The position numbers and the translations under genes are program-made. A stretch of DNA of 64,000 nt from Harriotta raleighana. Its lineage: Eukaryota. The stretch spans positions 3,783,379 to 3,847,378 of the forward strand of contig JBNZDD010013692.1 in NCBI GenBank assembly GCA_050575255.1, read 5' to 3'. Every line of letters begins with the position of its first letter. The first letter of the stretch is position 1. Below the pieces are notes generated by a model, which saw only the letters and a program-made list of their open reading frames with translations, made no database searches and was not told the DNA's origin. Below are positions 12,986-25,049 of this stretch, in pieces.

Positions 12986-15900
12986 CAGAAAAACCATAGA
13001 ATCCTACACAATGTGCTTTGTCTTAAACCCATAAATACATTTATTTGCCAAACAGCACCCCAATTCCCTTTTGCACTGAGGCACAGTACACTATTTCACT
13101 ATCTGACAGCAGAGAAGCGCTGACGGAGGAAGCCAACCTTCCCTCTTCAATCTGGCCTTAGTTCGAGGAGGAGCTTAAGAATCTTTTGGTTAAAAAATGC
13201 AATCATTTAAAAAAAAACTTATTAGTTGAGCAAGACCCACAGTCAGGTCTGGAGGAAAGGACTGAATGATTATGTGGTTTCAATCACCTGCAGCCTGCTC
13301 CAGTTCCCAAGACAGCATGTGGAACAGTAACAGACATACTGCACTCAGTATAGTGCGGATCACTCCATCTGACCTGGAGGTAGGTGAGACTGACTGGATT
13401 AGTGAATCCATTACTTATTTTTAAATTTAAAAAATAAGCAAGCACATTTTATGAAACACAAAAATTGAACCTTCTTGAGCAATACAGTGCATCTTAAAGA
13501 GCAATGCACACATCTCTTAATGTTGTTGCCAAATTTGTTTCCAAAATAAAATACTGTAGATTTAATTTAAAACCTATAGAGGTTTCAAGGTGTTCATCAC
13601 ATCCACTTTGCCTTATCCTCGTTCCACTTCAATTCAGTGATAACCAAACAAAACCAGACAGGAGCTGAAAAATCCTGACAAAAGTCAAACAACACATTTT
13701 CAAACAGAACCTAAGAAACAAAGTAGTCATGTGGGTTCTTTTCAAACACACCTTTTAAGTGAATGTTTTTGGTCGAAATCTTTCTTCACAAAAAAAAGAC
13801 TGGATTTTGGTGGGAATCAATAAATAACAGAATTAGAGCGGAAAATCAGAAAGACAGTGTCACAATTATGTGCATGATTGCTATCCCCTCTGCCAGTCAC
13901 TTGTGTTCATCTCAAGGTAATTCATTTGACACACAATCTCCTTAAAGCTAAGAAAAATCCTACTTTCTCCCAAGTCTGGATTAGATAGAATTATTTCTGC
14001 AGGAAAAGCCTCTCATCATCCTCTGCCAATCTCTAGTCAATTCTGATCTGCACTGGACTTTGCCTCACAATGTCAGAATGAAAGTATCGCTCTCCCTCCA
14101 GCTGGACAGGAGGAACAGATGAGCTATGATGGTTTTACTCTGATAGAGCTGGATAGCTTCACAGTCCTGGCATCCAGGGACCAAACTTTGGGCATTATTT
14201 GAAAAGAGAAGGGAGTTTCTCTTGGTATCCAAAGTCAATAATTCCCCAGATAAAAATAGGACATACACTCCTTGACTAATTGTGAGGCATTGATGTGGGC
14301 AAATTGGTAGCCACGTTCAGCTACAAACAAAGAAAATGATTTACATTTATATAGCCTTTTTTAAACGTTAGTAGGATGTCTCAAAGTGCTTCTCACAGCT
14401 GGCTGGTCTGGATGGGGAAAAGTTGAAAAAGTTGGGGATGGAGGTGAAAAGATGATCAAAGGCATGCAGTCACTACCTTTCACAATAAATTGTTGTTGAG
14501 GTGAACAATATCATAAGGTGCTATATCGAAAGCAAGTATTATTATAATTTTTACAACCCTGGAGAAAGTTTAACAAAGGTTAAGTGCCCTGAGACGCAAC
14601 TAAATGCAAGTTGTTGTTCTTGCTAAAACAAAAGCAGCCTGTTTAGATGCATCACAAACTTCAAATTGCAAAAGATAATGCTAAATAGGATGCTTGTGCC
14701 TCTCTCTTTAGACCGCAACTGCTCACAGAGGATAAGGGGGGCATTCCAAAGGCCTCAATTGCATTCATTCAAAACACAATATTGCTTTAGATGCGGTCTT
14801 CATGAGCCAGCCTTCTGCTTGTACCCACCTGGCTCAAATACATGGCTGCAAAATTCTTCAAAACAGCTGTCATCCTCAGATTAACAGCAGATGGGCAGGT
14901 ACTAGGTTGGACATTGACTAATGACTTTTTAAGACCACACCATATGGTTGGACCAAAAAAAACAGGAAAGTCTGAATGGGCCTATTCTGTGCAATTGAGG
15001 ATTAAGGAAATGATGCTAAGGCAGGGAAGTGTGTCAATATTGGGGTGTTGACATCAAATAGGCTCAGAGCCATCTTGTATTATTTATAATGATAAACAAC
15101 TGGTGATCAATGTAATCCTTAAAAAGGTCTTTGTACCATAGAAATGAGAAATGGTGGTGGGGGGTGGGCAAGAGAAAGAATTACTACATGAAGAAGAATG
15201 ACATTGTGACAGGGATTTTTAGTAAGCGGCTCTCAATAAAGTACAGACAAGGATATAAAGACTGAGCTACCTGGAATAGTCTGTAGGGATATCCAAAGGA
15301 GACAAGCCTAAAATCAGACCAGTGAGTGTAATGTTCAAGGCATTCAGAGAGTGTGGAGCAAGGCTGAATTCAGTCGATCTATACACGTAGTTTATTTGGG
15401 TGTTACCACAGAACACCAATATCACAGCCTGCAAAGGCCCTTCTGTCTGAATTTTGCATTCATTTTGAAGCCACTTTTCTGCACCTCTTACAAAAAAAGT
15501 CTTTCCCGTAAAGATTAAATTGACAAATTTTCCACAATTCTGTGCACCTTAAATTTTAAGACAAAATGGCGACAACTAGGTGGAATTTGGTAGCCTCTGG
15601 TACCTCCAGTTTAGCGGGTGTCAGTATTCACACGGAATGATTAATCCCCTGCTTGCGGAGGGGGTGATTCCCAAGGCAGCTCGTCACTCAAATCTGCCTG
15701 CCAGCACCAGGATGGTTTTCATCAGCTCTTAGCAAGGTTGCTGGTTAGAGCACCTTGTGATAACAGAACATTCTGCCTTGGGTGAAAGGGGGCACGATCT
15801 TGACTTGCTACAACGCATCTCCTGTCAGTTGTGTGGGCTGCTGTCACAGATCAAAGTCTGCAACGAATGCATTAAATAGCACCACTCGCCAGATGTCGAC

Positions 15901-16954
15901 CCGTACTTTTTGGACAACTCGGATGCAGCCTGTGCCTGTGGACGGACTTAGTTTCATTTATTGTACAGAATGTCAAAAACACAAACCGCCTCCACTATAA
16001 CTTAGGTGCAGCAAATCAAGCTCTCTCACAAGGCTTGTATAGCAGAATTCAAGAAATGCTTTCCTATTGATAAAATTTATTTTGCAGAAAGAATCATGTT
16101 TCCAAAAATAAACTAGGTGATTCAGCTATGGTGTTGAAAGAATCGCACACTCCTCCTCCAAGGAGTAATGAGCGGTTATGCAAGTAATACAGCATGGACT
16201 AAAGAATGCAATCATTTCTTTGCTTCACTTCTATCCCTGCGGATACACTGTAGGTAATTGAAAAGTGTAACAGATCAGTGGCCGTGGTCCCGTTGGCTGG
16301 GTAAGAGCATCTTGCTCAAGGCAAGTTGATGATCCGTCTATCTTCAGATGGAGATTTGGCAGGTAGCCGGAGATTATCTGATAATGTCTAAATTATTATG
16401 ATTGTACTGCTAATTCCTGAAACAGCACAAGCTGCATAAAAGATAAACTGTTCACCGACAAAACACACAGCCACCACATCTATCAGTATATATTGTGTGA
16501 AGCCCTGTGAGACATGCTCTCGTTGTGAAAGGAGGTATATCAAATGTAAGGTTTATTAAGCGCTCCAAAAAACACCTTTCTAGCCTTTAGGAGAGGGATT
16601 TGCTAAGGTTTTACCTGCGGGCTTGTCTTTAAATTAATTCAAGGTGTGTCTCAAGATACACCTCTTGGTGACTACCTTTCAGTCATCTTTCCCCTCTCCA
16701 TCCCCAAGGCTCCCACCTCAGCTAGGGCACCCAGCCAGAAGTGTCAAACATTTTGTGATGTCCTCCTGATGTGAAAGGCACCATATAAATGTAATTGTAA
16801 ATATGTATTCTAGTGTAAGAAAACCTCTGAGAAAGCCTTCTGAATTGTAACGTCTGCTCATGCACCGATGCTGCTGCTGAAACAAGCAAATACCGGCACA
16901 ACGGTGTACTGGGATGAGGAGTGGGATTATCTTCTACAATCAGACACATTAATG

Positions 16955-17135
16955 GGAAAAACAAGGCCTTGTGCAGGTTGTAAACCTCTGGTCCCCAGAT
17001 ACACTGCAGTGGAATATCCAAACAATGTCCTACTTTATTCTTCATACTTTATCGGAGTATCTGTAATGTTGTTTTGTACCAATACTTCATCATCACACCT
17101 GTTCCAATCTCAGTCTTTTATACAACACCTGAATG
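16955..17135 (+). repeat. 181-bp unique-sequence direct repeat, copy 1
   Basis: ggaaaaacaaggccttgtgcaggttgtaaacctctggtc...tacaacacctgaatg, colinear with 19135-19376. Confidence 0.92.
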
Positions 17136-18759
17136 GTGTACTGACGTCATTCCAAAGCATACATAATGTGTAAGAGTCAAACCAAGATTAGCAAATAACC
17201 ACTGATAAGAACACGAATTTCTGGAAATCCTGAGAGTAAACAAAGTTAAAATGTCCTTGATATAACCCAGTGATCAACTTACAATGCAACGTTCAAGGCT
17301 GAGGAATACAGGCACCACCACTGGCTAAACATTCTGACATTGCAAGCACTGGGGAACAGCATCGAGTTTGGGATCAACAGAATAGAAATAGCAAATGCTT
17401 TGAAGGGCTTTTGCCCCGAGTCACCAATGCAATGAAGAGAGTACTGCAGTTCTCCAGGCCTCTTCCATGCCCTAAAGGAGTATACTTGAGAATTATACAC
17501 AAAAACTCACAGCCAGTATAGGTTTCATTGCACCAAACTGCTGCTTACTGAGTGTATTTAGCTATATTTATTATCTTCTGCCGCAAGGGCAGTTTATGAA
17601 TTAACTCAAAGCCTTTATTGTGCACTAGGAGAAATCAAAGCTCTGTCATTGAGAAGAACCTATAAGAGCAGCCAAAGGTCATAAAGCTATATTTTTGTAT
17701 ACTGTACTCATCCTTTGAAGTTATAGTGCCGGGTCTGTTTATAGCTTTAACTTTATTGCTTGAAAGCCCTAAAGTTTATAGCTTTCTGCAGCAAAGCAAA
17801 ACATGCCATATAAGTAGGAAAATGTACATTAATGTAAGCTGCAACCTTTTACGTGTTAATAAACTCACATTTTAACTAACCATAGTCAAAACGATATATC
17901 AAAATCATAATGCATACTGAGACATATGCCACCTGGTCTTCAGCACCATTGCCCCAGAGCCAGAGTAGCAGATCCAGTAGAGAGACACATCACTAATCCA
18001 AATGTAGCTTGCTATTACCAAATATGGTGGGTGGCTTTTTACCTGATAGGCATTTACAAAGAGTTTGTGATGGAAGCTGTACTTACCACAAACTAACCGG
18101 GTAATTGTTGAATATTCTCAATGGGTTTTGTATCAGTATGAACAAAAAAAATGGACTGAATATTTCAATCACATCACAAAACATTTTCAGAAAATGCCTC
18201 CAAACTATTGTATTGCAATATAGTTCACAAATCATACACAGCCCTTTACAAAGGGTGGCATTTGCTCTCGAATTTCCAAATTGAGCTGAACTTATGCTTA
18301 AAATAATGATCGGCAGTTTTCTGTGTAACAATATCTTCCTGGGATTACTCTGCAAACATGGGAAAAGTATTTGTTAAGTTTTTTTTGAAAGAGTGCAAAG
18401 GTTTTTGAATGGATTAACTATGTTCCATTTTTCTCGATTCAGGACAAAGGTTTCAAAACACATTGTAAAATCTACTGCTATCATTTAAAAGCTCAGATTG
18501 AATACTTCAAATATCCTGTCTTTGGGTAAGTTTTTACAGGTTACAGCACAATCTTAAAGGAACATAAAATGACTGAATATTCTGAAGATTTCAAAAATCC
18601 TTCTTCAGCAAAACATTTCTCAGCTTTCTCTGATTATGTTTGAGGGGCCTCAGTGAACCTGTAGCGTATATCTGCACGTAAATGTCCCTATAATCTCCAG
18701 TTTGCAGACATGGACATATCCCAAAGGCAGTAGTGATAAACAGCAGCAGTAATACACAC

Positions 18760-18836
18760 CGTAATCAGTGATCTTACAGGACACCAGGTATAGCTCCTTC
18801 AGGCTCTGGCCTTCCTTAGCCACAAATTCCACACAT
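18760..18836 (-). CDS. FBXL17: Internal coding exon of F-box/LRR-repeat protein 17 (LRR region; corresponds to human exon 7 as I recall it)
   Basis: Minus strand reads pyrimidine tract + acag|A TGT GTG GAA TTT GTG GCT AAG GAA GGC CAG AGC CTG AAG GAG CTA TAC CTG GTG TCC TGT AAG ATC ACT GAT TAC G|gtgtgt. This is 77 nt, phase 2 to phase 1. The peptide CVEFVAKEGQSLKELYLVSCKITDY closely matches human FBXL17 CVEVIAKEGQNLKELYLVSCKITDY (recalled). Confidence 0.93.
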
Positions 18837-19080
18837 CTGTAAAAACAAAAAGACGCAGACTAATTAATACAACATTGGGGTTGAAGGTTTTCAAATGGTT
18901 AGGTAAACAAGAACTCTCAACACAATATCTCCCTGAAACAAACAACAGAGTTAAAGAGCTACTGGGTCAATCTGGACTCATTTTGCAAATCTTAAGAGGT
19001 AGCAGTACGGTTAGTTATTCATCATGAAGGTTCAGCCTATGGATCTGCACGCACCCTACGACAGGAAGAACTGTCTACAG

Positions 19081-19775
19081 AATAATAATCCTTACATTCA
19101 ATATAGCTCCTTTTTACACTGGAAAGTGCCAGCTGGAAAAGCAAGGCCTTGTCCAGGTTGTAAACCTCTGGTCTCCAGACACACAGCAATGGAATATCCA
19201 AACAGTGTCTTACTTTATTCTTCATACTTTATCACAGTATCTGTAATGTTGCTTGGGACGTCCTCCTGACGTGAAAGGCGCTCTATAAATGTAATTTTAT
19301 TGTTTGTTGTTGTTTTGTACCAACACTTCATCATCGTAACTGTTCCAATCTCAATCTTTTGTACAACACCTGAATGCAGCACATATCTCAAAGCGATTCA
19401 CAGGATACTCGGTGAGATTGAGTGACAGTATATGTAGGCAAATTCAACAGCACAATTGTGCACAGTAATGTCCTACAAACAGACATGAAGTGAATGACCA
19501 ATGTTTTTCTGAGGCGGGGGTTGCAGGTGAAGTGCTGGCCAGAACCCCAAGAGAACTTCCTTCTCTTTTTGAATAGCCGTGGGATTTTTAACATTCACCT
19601 GTACAGGCTGATAGAATCTTAGTTTAATATTTAATTTTAAGGATGATACCTCCAACAATCCAATGCTCCCCCCAGCACTACACTGAAATGTCGGGTGAGA
19701 TTAGAAGAGTTCAAACAGTGGAGCTTTTACCCACAACCTTCTGATTCAGAGGCAAGAGTACTAATACCAACCAAG
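19081..19775 (-). mobile_element. Older DeuSINE (SacSINE1-like), family B, with tail split by an insertion
   Basis: Tail aataataatccttacattcaatatagc (19081) resumes at acatatctcaaagcgattcacagg (19381). Body ttctctttttgaatagccgtgggatttttaacattcacctg; head cacaaccttctgattcagaggcaagagtacta. Confidence 0.75.
19135..19376 (+). repeat. Direct repeat copy 2, interrupted by a 61-bp L2 tail (19252-19312)
   Basis: Colinear with 16955-17135 once cttgggacgtcctcctgacgtgaaaggcgctctataaatg...ttgttg is removed. tgttg occurs at both junctions. Confidence 0.92.
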
Positions 19776-21894
19776 AAAGGCCATCATCTGTAGGCACATA
19801 TGACAACAGGTGCTATAAACAACCGCTGAGTAATCTGGAGAATTGTTGGCCTGAACAGCAGGTGAAAATTATTTCTCTTGCTACTGACTGCTACTGACTA
19901 AGCCAAGCTGACACCAAGTAACATGCTGACCACATTTCAGAAACACAAGGGTGAAAATACCATTNTCTCTTGCTACTGACTGCTACTGACTAAGCCAAGC
20001 TGACACCAAGTAACACGCTGACCACATTTCAGAAACACAAGGGTGAAAATACCATTATACCATGCACTCATTAACTAGCAGTTATGCATACGGATCCTGC
20101 ACTCAGATAGATGGAAGTGTTAGTCTGTCACTGGTTTGAAGGTAAATCTATAGCTGTGTTTGTGATAATAAATCCAGAATTTGGCATTGGTGACAACTGT
20201 AGGCAGTTAATGGGGAAATGCAGCCATTGTTCCCAGGAACAGAGAGCAATCCTTGGAGGCCTTGTTATGGTTTACGATGTACTCATGACCGAGCGAAAGC
20301 TAATTAGAACTGGCGGACACTGGGAAATATCTTTCACTTTCAAGATCCACGTCTCAGATTACCCCAGATCTTAAAGCAAATTGAACTTTAAGAGACACTT
20401 TACTAACTGATTTTTTAAGATGCTAGGTGCATCTATGTTATGCTATTAATGTTATTTTGTGTGCTCGGAGTCAGACAGCAAACAGACAGCAAGATAAAGT
20501 CACATCTCCAAACATTCCTCTGATAAATTGAACTTCTACGGGTGGTATTTCAGTTCCCAGCTCTCAGCAATTGGTGAGAGTAAACAAGTCTCTGTGGCTT
20601 TAAACAATCTCTCTCTGTTTAAAATAATGGGGGGTTGGGAAGCGCAGGAGAGAATCACTTTAAAACTGAGAATACAGGAATTCAAGGACATAATTTCAAA
20701 CACAACATCCCATTATTAGGTAGTGATGGTCTCGCGTCCTTGCTCTGATGTTGGCACGAGCATATTGAAATGTTATCTTCAGAAGTTGAATCTGAATTAG
20801 GATCAAACAAAAGTAAACAGAACGGTCAAGGTCTCATTGGGTGAACATTGACCGAAGAAAGAAATATTCATTTGCCAGGAGAACTTTACATTTCATTCTG
20901 CTTCATGTCATGTAATCCAGAACACAGGGAAGGTTAAACAGATTAACACTGACTGCTCTGCACTTCACAAGATAAGTGTTCTTTTCAAACCTGTCTTCGA
21001 AAAATCCCTTAAAACACTGCCCATACGATTTAACCCAGGCCAAGAGAACAGCAGCGAAATGCAAGGGAGTCCAGTACCAGCCACCTGTGCAATTAGATTC
21101 TATCTTTACTGACTCTTTGGGATCTAAAATGAGGAATTCTCCAACTGGAAATTAGGAGTAATAGTGACTTAAGATTTGTGATTGTGGCTGGCGATTTGCT
21201 TTCTTGTCTGAGAAAAAGCCCGAAAATCCCTATAAAAGTTGAAAACGAAATGACCTGATGGATATTGCTGGTGCGATTGTGGGAATCACTGTCTGAGATG
21301 TGCAGGTATGGCCCAGAGACTCAGGAGTTGCTCGACTCTCACTGTCTGTCCCAGCAATGCAGAGTTTGGGGACTCATTGTGCAGAGAATGGCGGATTGCA
21401 GCCTCATCATGCTGCTCTGTGACACAGGTCATTGGAGGATTAATGCAGTTTGCCTTCAAGCTACTCGGAACAGTTTATCTGAGGAAACCTTGCAGGACGA
21501 GACACTCGTCCTTCTATAGACTGAAACAGTGGTCAAAACCACAGTGGCTCTCACTGCACGCCTGAGACTGAGAATGAAGGGCAATGCATAAAGATTTCCT
21601 CATCTGCTATGTTACACAATCCTCCTGAAACGTTCATTCTTCAAAGGAAAATGGGACTAGTGAAAATAAGAATTCAAAGACGGTCAGAATTCAATAAAAC
21701 GTCGAATGGATTTGATATTGACCTTGGCATATGAAAACACTTCAAATGGTTCACACAGGGAGTTACTTTGGGGGATTTTAGTGTCTGTGGCTTTGTCTGC
21801 AAAATGTTTAACAAAACATGATGCGCAATGTTTAAATATTTTTGGTAGACCCACAGGATTAATTTTCATCAGTAATTTGTTTTGTCTGAGGAAA

Positions 21895-21995
21895 AGGCAG
21901 GTAGACAGAGCTGAAAGAATTGCTCTCTCAAAGAGCCAGCACAGAAGTGTTGGGTCAAACGACCTTCTTCAATGCTATAAATTTCAATGGTCCTA
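21895..21995 (+). mobile_element. CR1 3' UTR fragment
   Basis: tgctctctcaaagagccagcacagaagtgttgggtcaaacgaccttcttcaatgctataa. Confidence 0.55.
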
Positions 21996-23039
21996 AGTCT
22001 CACCTTCCTGCTGTGCGCATATCCTATGCCACTCCTGCATGTGAAGTCTTCTGACATCCCCTTTCTGCCTCGCAGTAACCATGAGAAACAACTCTAGTAG
22101 AACGCTCATTGTGGAAATGAATCCAAATGATTTTCAACTTCTCTCCACTGGCATACTCTACATTTTAATTATGACAGCGACGAGATCAGCCATGTCTGAT
22201 CAGTTCAATGATGGTGGCTATACTCGAGAGTCGCCAGATATTGCATCCAAACTCAGCTTGAGATCAGCTCACCAGGAATGTCACTTCCTCAGGAGCAAAA
22301 TATGAGAACATGATTTTGACTGTTTTATTGTGCAGACTTCTCCAGATTAAAAGATCTCTTGCCCTCTGGGCCTGCTTTGCCATCACTGTGTGTTCCGATT
22401 AAAACTGCTGGTATAGAGCAGGAGTTTGTAGGCGACAAACGATCAGTATCACTAGGTGGCATCTCTGTTCATATCCCATTGTCTGAGTGACTACGTGCAG
22501 AGATCAGTGAAGTGACGGTCCATGAATTGCAGCCATCCTATTGAACAATGAGAAGCAATTTTCATAAAAGCAGCAGAGAAATGCTTCTGCTTTACCTCCA
22601 GCTGCGGCTTCACAGGCACAGGTCAGCTCAGGGTCTCCATCCGGTAGCTATGCATTCCTGTCCTCCACCCCTGGTTCCTCTGACAGCACAGGGTAGATTG
22701 ACAAATGTACCAGTCTCCGAGTCCATCGTCGTACCTGAACCTAGCATGACCTCAGAGAACGGACTAATCCCCGCTTGCTAACTGATCAGGTTCCACTTGG
22801 CTATTCTGCTAGTACAGAATGTAGTGTGGTTATTGTGTTGTTGTTATAAACATCAGATCATCAATGTGATCCCTACTCTGTGATGAGTTAGCTAATCGCA
22901 AACCAGAGTGCCACTGCCAGAAGATTGGACTCGGTATCCATGGGCTAGGGATGGGAAAAGAAAGCTGCCATATGTGAGGAAGCATTCAGGCTTCAATCTT
23001 ATTGAATCTACAATTACAGCTTTCATGGTTCTGCCCGTA

Positions 23040-23523
23040 TATAATAATAATAACAATAATAATAATCCTTGCATTTGATAAAATGCTTTTCATTTGATAA
23101 CAATAATAATAATCCTTGCATTTGATAAAGTGCTTTTCACGACTTCAAGACGCCTCAAAGCACTTCATAGAATATACTGTAAAGTGACTTGACTATATAT
23201 TTGGAGCCGAAATGTGGCAGCCTATTGGGCACAGCAGTGTCCCAAAACAGTCATGGATTGAGTGACCAAATTAAAAAAAAATCACTAAGCTACAGGACTC
23301 CATGAGTTAGCATCTTCTTGTTGATAAATCAACCAATCTTTATTATCCATGGAAAAGAGATCTACCAAATCGACTAACAACCCAGTTCCTACTTACTGCT
23401 AGGCAAACAGAGGTGGGTGGAGTAAAAAAAACTTACCCAACATTTCACCCTACCCAAGAGTTGAACCTAAGTTTTTCGCTTGCGAGGCAAGTGCTCCAAC
23501 CACTGAGCTACAGGACTCCACAA
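23040..23523 (-). mobile_element. SINE family A, long variant, with duplicated 3' tail
   Basis: Two aataataatccttgcatttgataa starts; head aaccactgagctacaggactccac at 23499-23522. Confidence 0.85.
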
Positions 23524-25049
23524 GCCTGCCTGCCTTTATTTTTGGTTTCCTCAGTGCCTTGGGATGTCCTCTCAACGTGAAAGGTGCTATCGAAATGTAA
23601 TTTTGTTGTTGTTGTTGTGCTCAAAGTCACGATTAGGCAGATGAGGTGGGTGGGAATGTCAGGGCAGCAGTCGTCTTGTAGTCAAGGGTGGAGGCAGAGA
23701 AATACAGTTGGGTGTTATCTGCATACATATTGCTGGGTTATTATTATATTGCTGGGTTGGCAGCAATATACTATTGGCAATTGGCAGCAATGTGAGTTAC
23801 CACAGTTACTCTTTTTTTGGCACTGATTTTGCCACAATCTAGTTATAACCACCAATGGGTTTTTAACTTCCAGGGTCAAGTAAGGTTCCTGCAAATATAC
23901 TATATATACATAAATTCCAGATACAAATTGCATTCATAGCGCCTTTCACGTTGGTACTAGAAAAGGTTTTCCAAGCTTGGATTTTCCAAGCTTTAAACTT
24001 GCCTTGGGACGTCCTCTCAACGTGAAAGACACTCTATAAATGTTATTTTGTGGTTTGTTGTTGTTGTTAGCCTTGGGTTTACTATGGACCTGATGGGCTT
24101 TGCCAGATTCCAGCTAAGCCCCACTAAGCACCAGCTATGTGTAGACATGGGACTCATTTTATGGATCCTCAAAGGGCTATGTGCAGAAATGACCCACTGG
24201 GCTTCTTACCCGAGCCAACCGGGTTAAGTTACGGCCACTCTCTTCATTGTATATCCCATTATAACATACAGCCTCCTCAGGTTCTGCAACATTGCAGCAC
24301 CCTTTACAGGGAAGAGACCAAAGGCTTCAGTACTAGCAATGAGTCCATAACCAATGTACTAGTGTATCTGATGGTGAAAACAGTGATTTGCAATAGCAAA
24401 CTGCAGGCAACAACAACAACAAAATTACACTAGTATCGCGCCTTTCACGTCAGGAGGTCATCACAATAAAAGACAGTGATACAACAACACCTACTCCCAC
24501 TCCACTGAACTGCTGAGACAAAGCAAGCCCCCTCAGTTAGTGGGTGAAGACAAACAGCAAAATAAATCTTACCATCTCAGACTACAGCAAAACCCTTTAT
24601 TAATAGTAATCTTAACACTTCCTATAGCGCCTTTTACGTTGTCTCATATCAAAGCATTTCACTATAAAATGGAGTGGCAGTATTTTGTAGACAGGCTGAT
24701 TATTTATCAGGAACAACAGATATTCAGGAGGCAACACGCTTCCGTCACTATTGAATGCTTCGAAGCTAAAATTTAAAGAAAGCAAATGGAGCTCTAATAA
24801 ATAAAGTTAAATTTAGCTGGGTTAAAAGTACTTGCCCTCTTCCACTTTTATCCTCTCAACGTAGTCTGAAAAGACTAATCATTGAAGTATTTTGCCCTCC
24901 AGCATTTCCAAGGCATTCTGCCGCCACTTGTCTGTAAAATTATAGTTCAGATAGAGATTTGAATTCTACTAGAATTATTTGAGGATGCAACCTAACTGGT
25001 GGTGAGGGCACTCCACTGGAGACAATTTACATGAATGTTACAGGTATAC

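Larger units (their letters stand above)
1..18759 (-). other. FBXL17: Probable FBXL17 intron 3' of the exon (continues beyond window start)
   Basis: GT donor at 18759-18758. The next exon (ALIAIGRYS...) was not recognised in the window, and FBXL17 is known for very large introns. Confidence 0.7.

Noticed and set aside
18650-18759. ORF extension GVYYCCCLSLL... after KITDY
   Set aside because: Similarity to FBXL17 ends exactly at the GT donor, so the extension is intronic read-through.
19874-20055. About 90-bp tandem duplication
   Set aside because: The copies are nearly identical and separated by a single n (19965), typical of an unmerged contig overlap.
8153-23523. Oppositely oriented SINEs flanking the exon as a circRNA driver
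   Set aside because: The single exon is only 77 nt and many competing SINE pairs lie within each intron, so there is no direct support.
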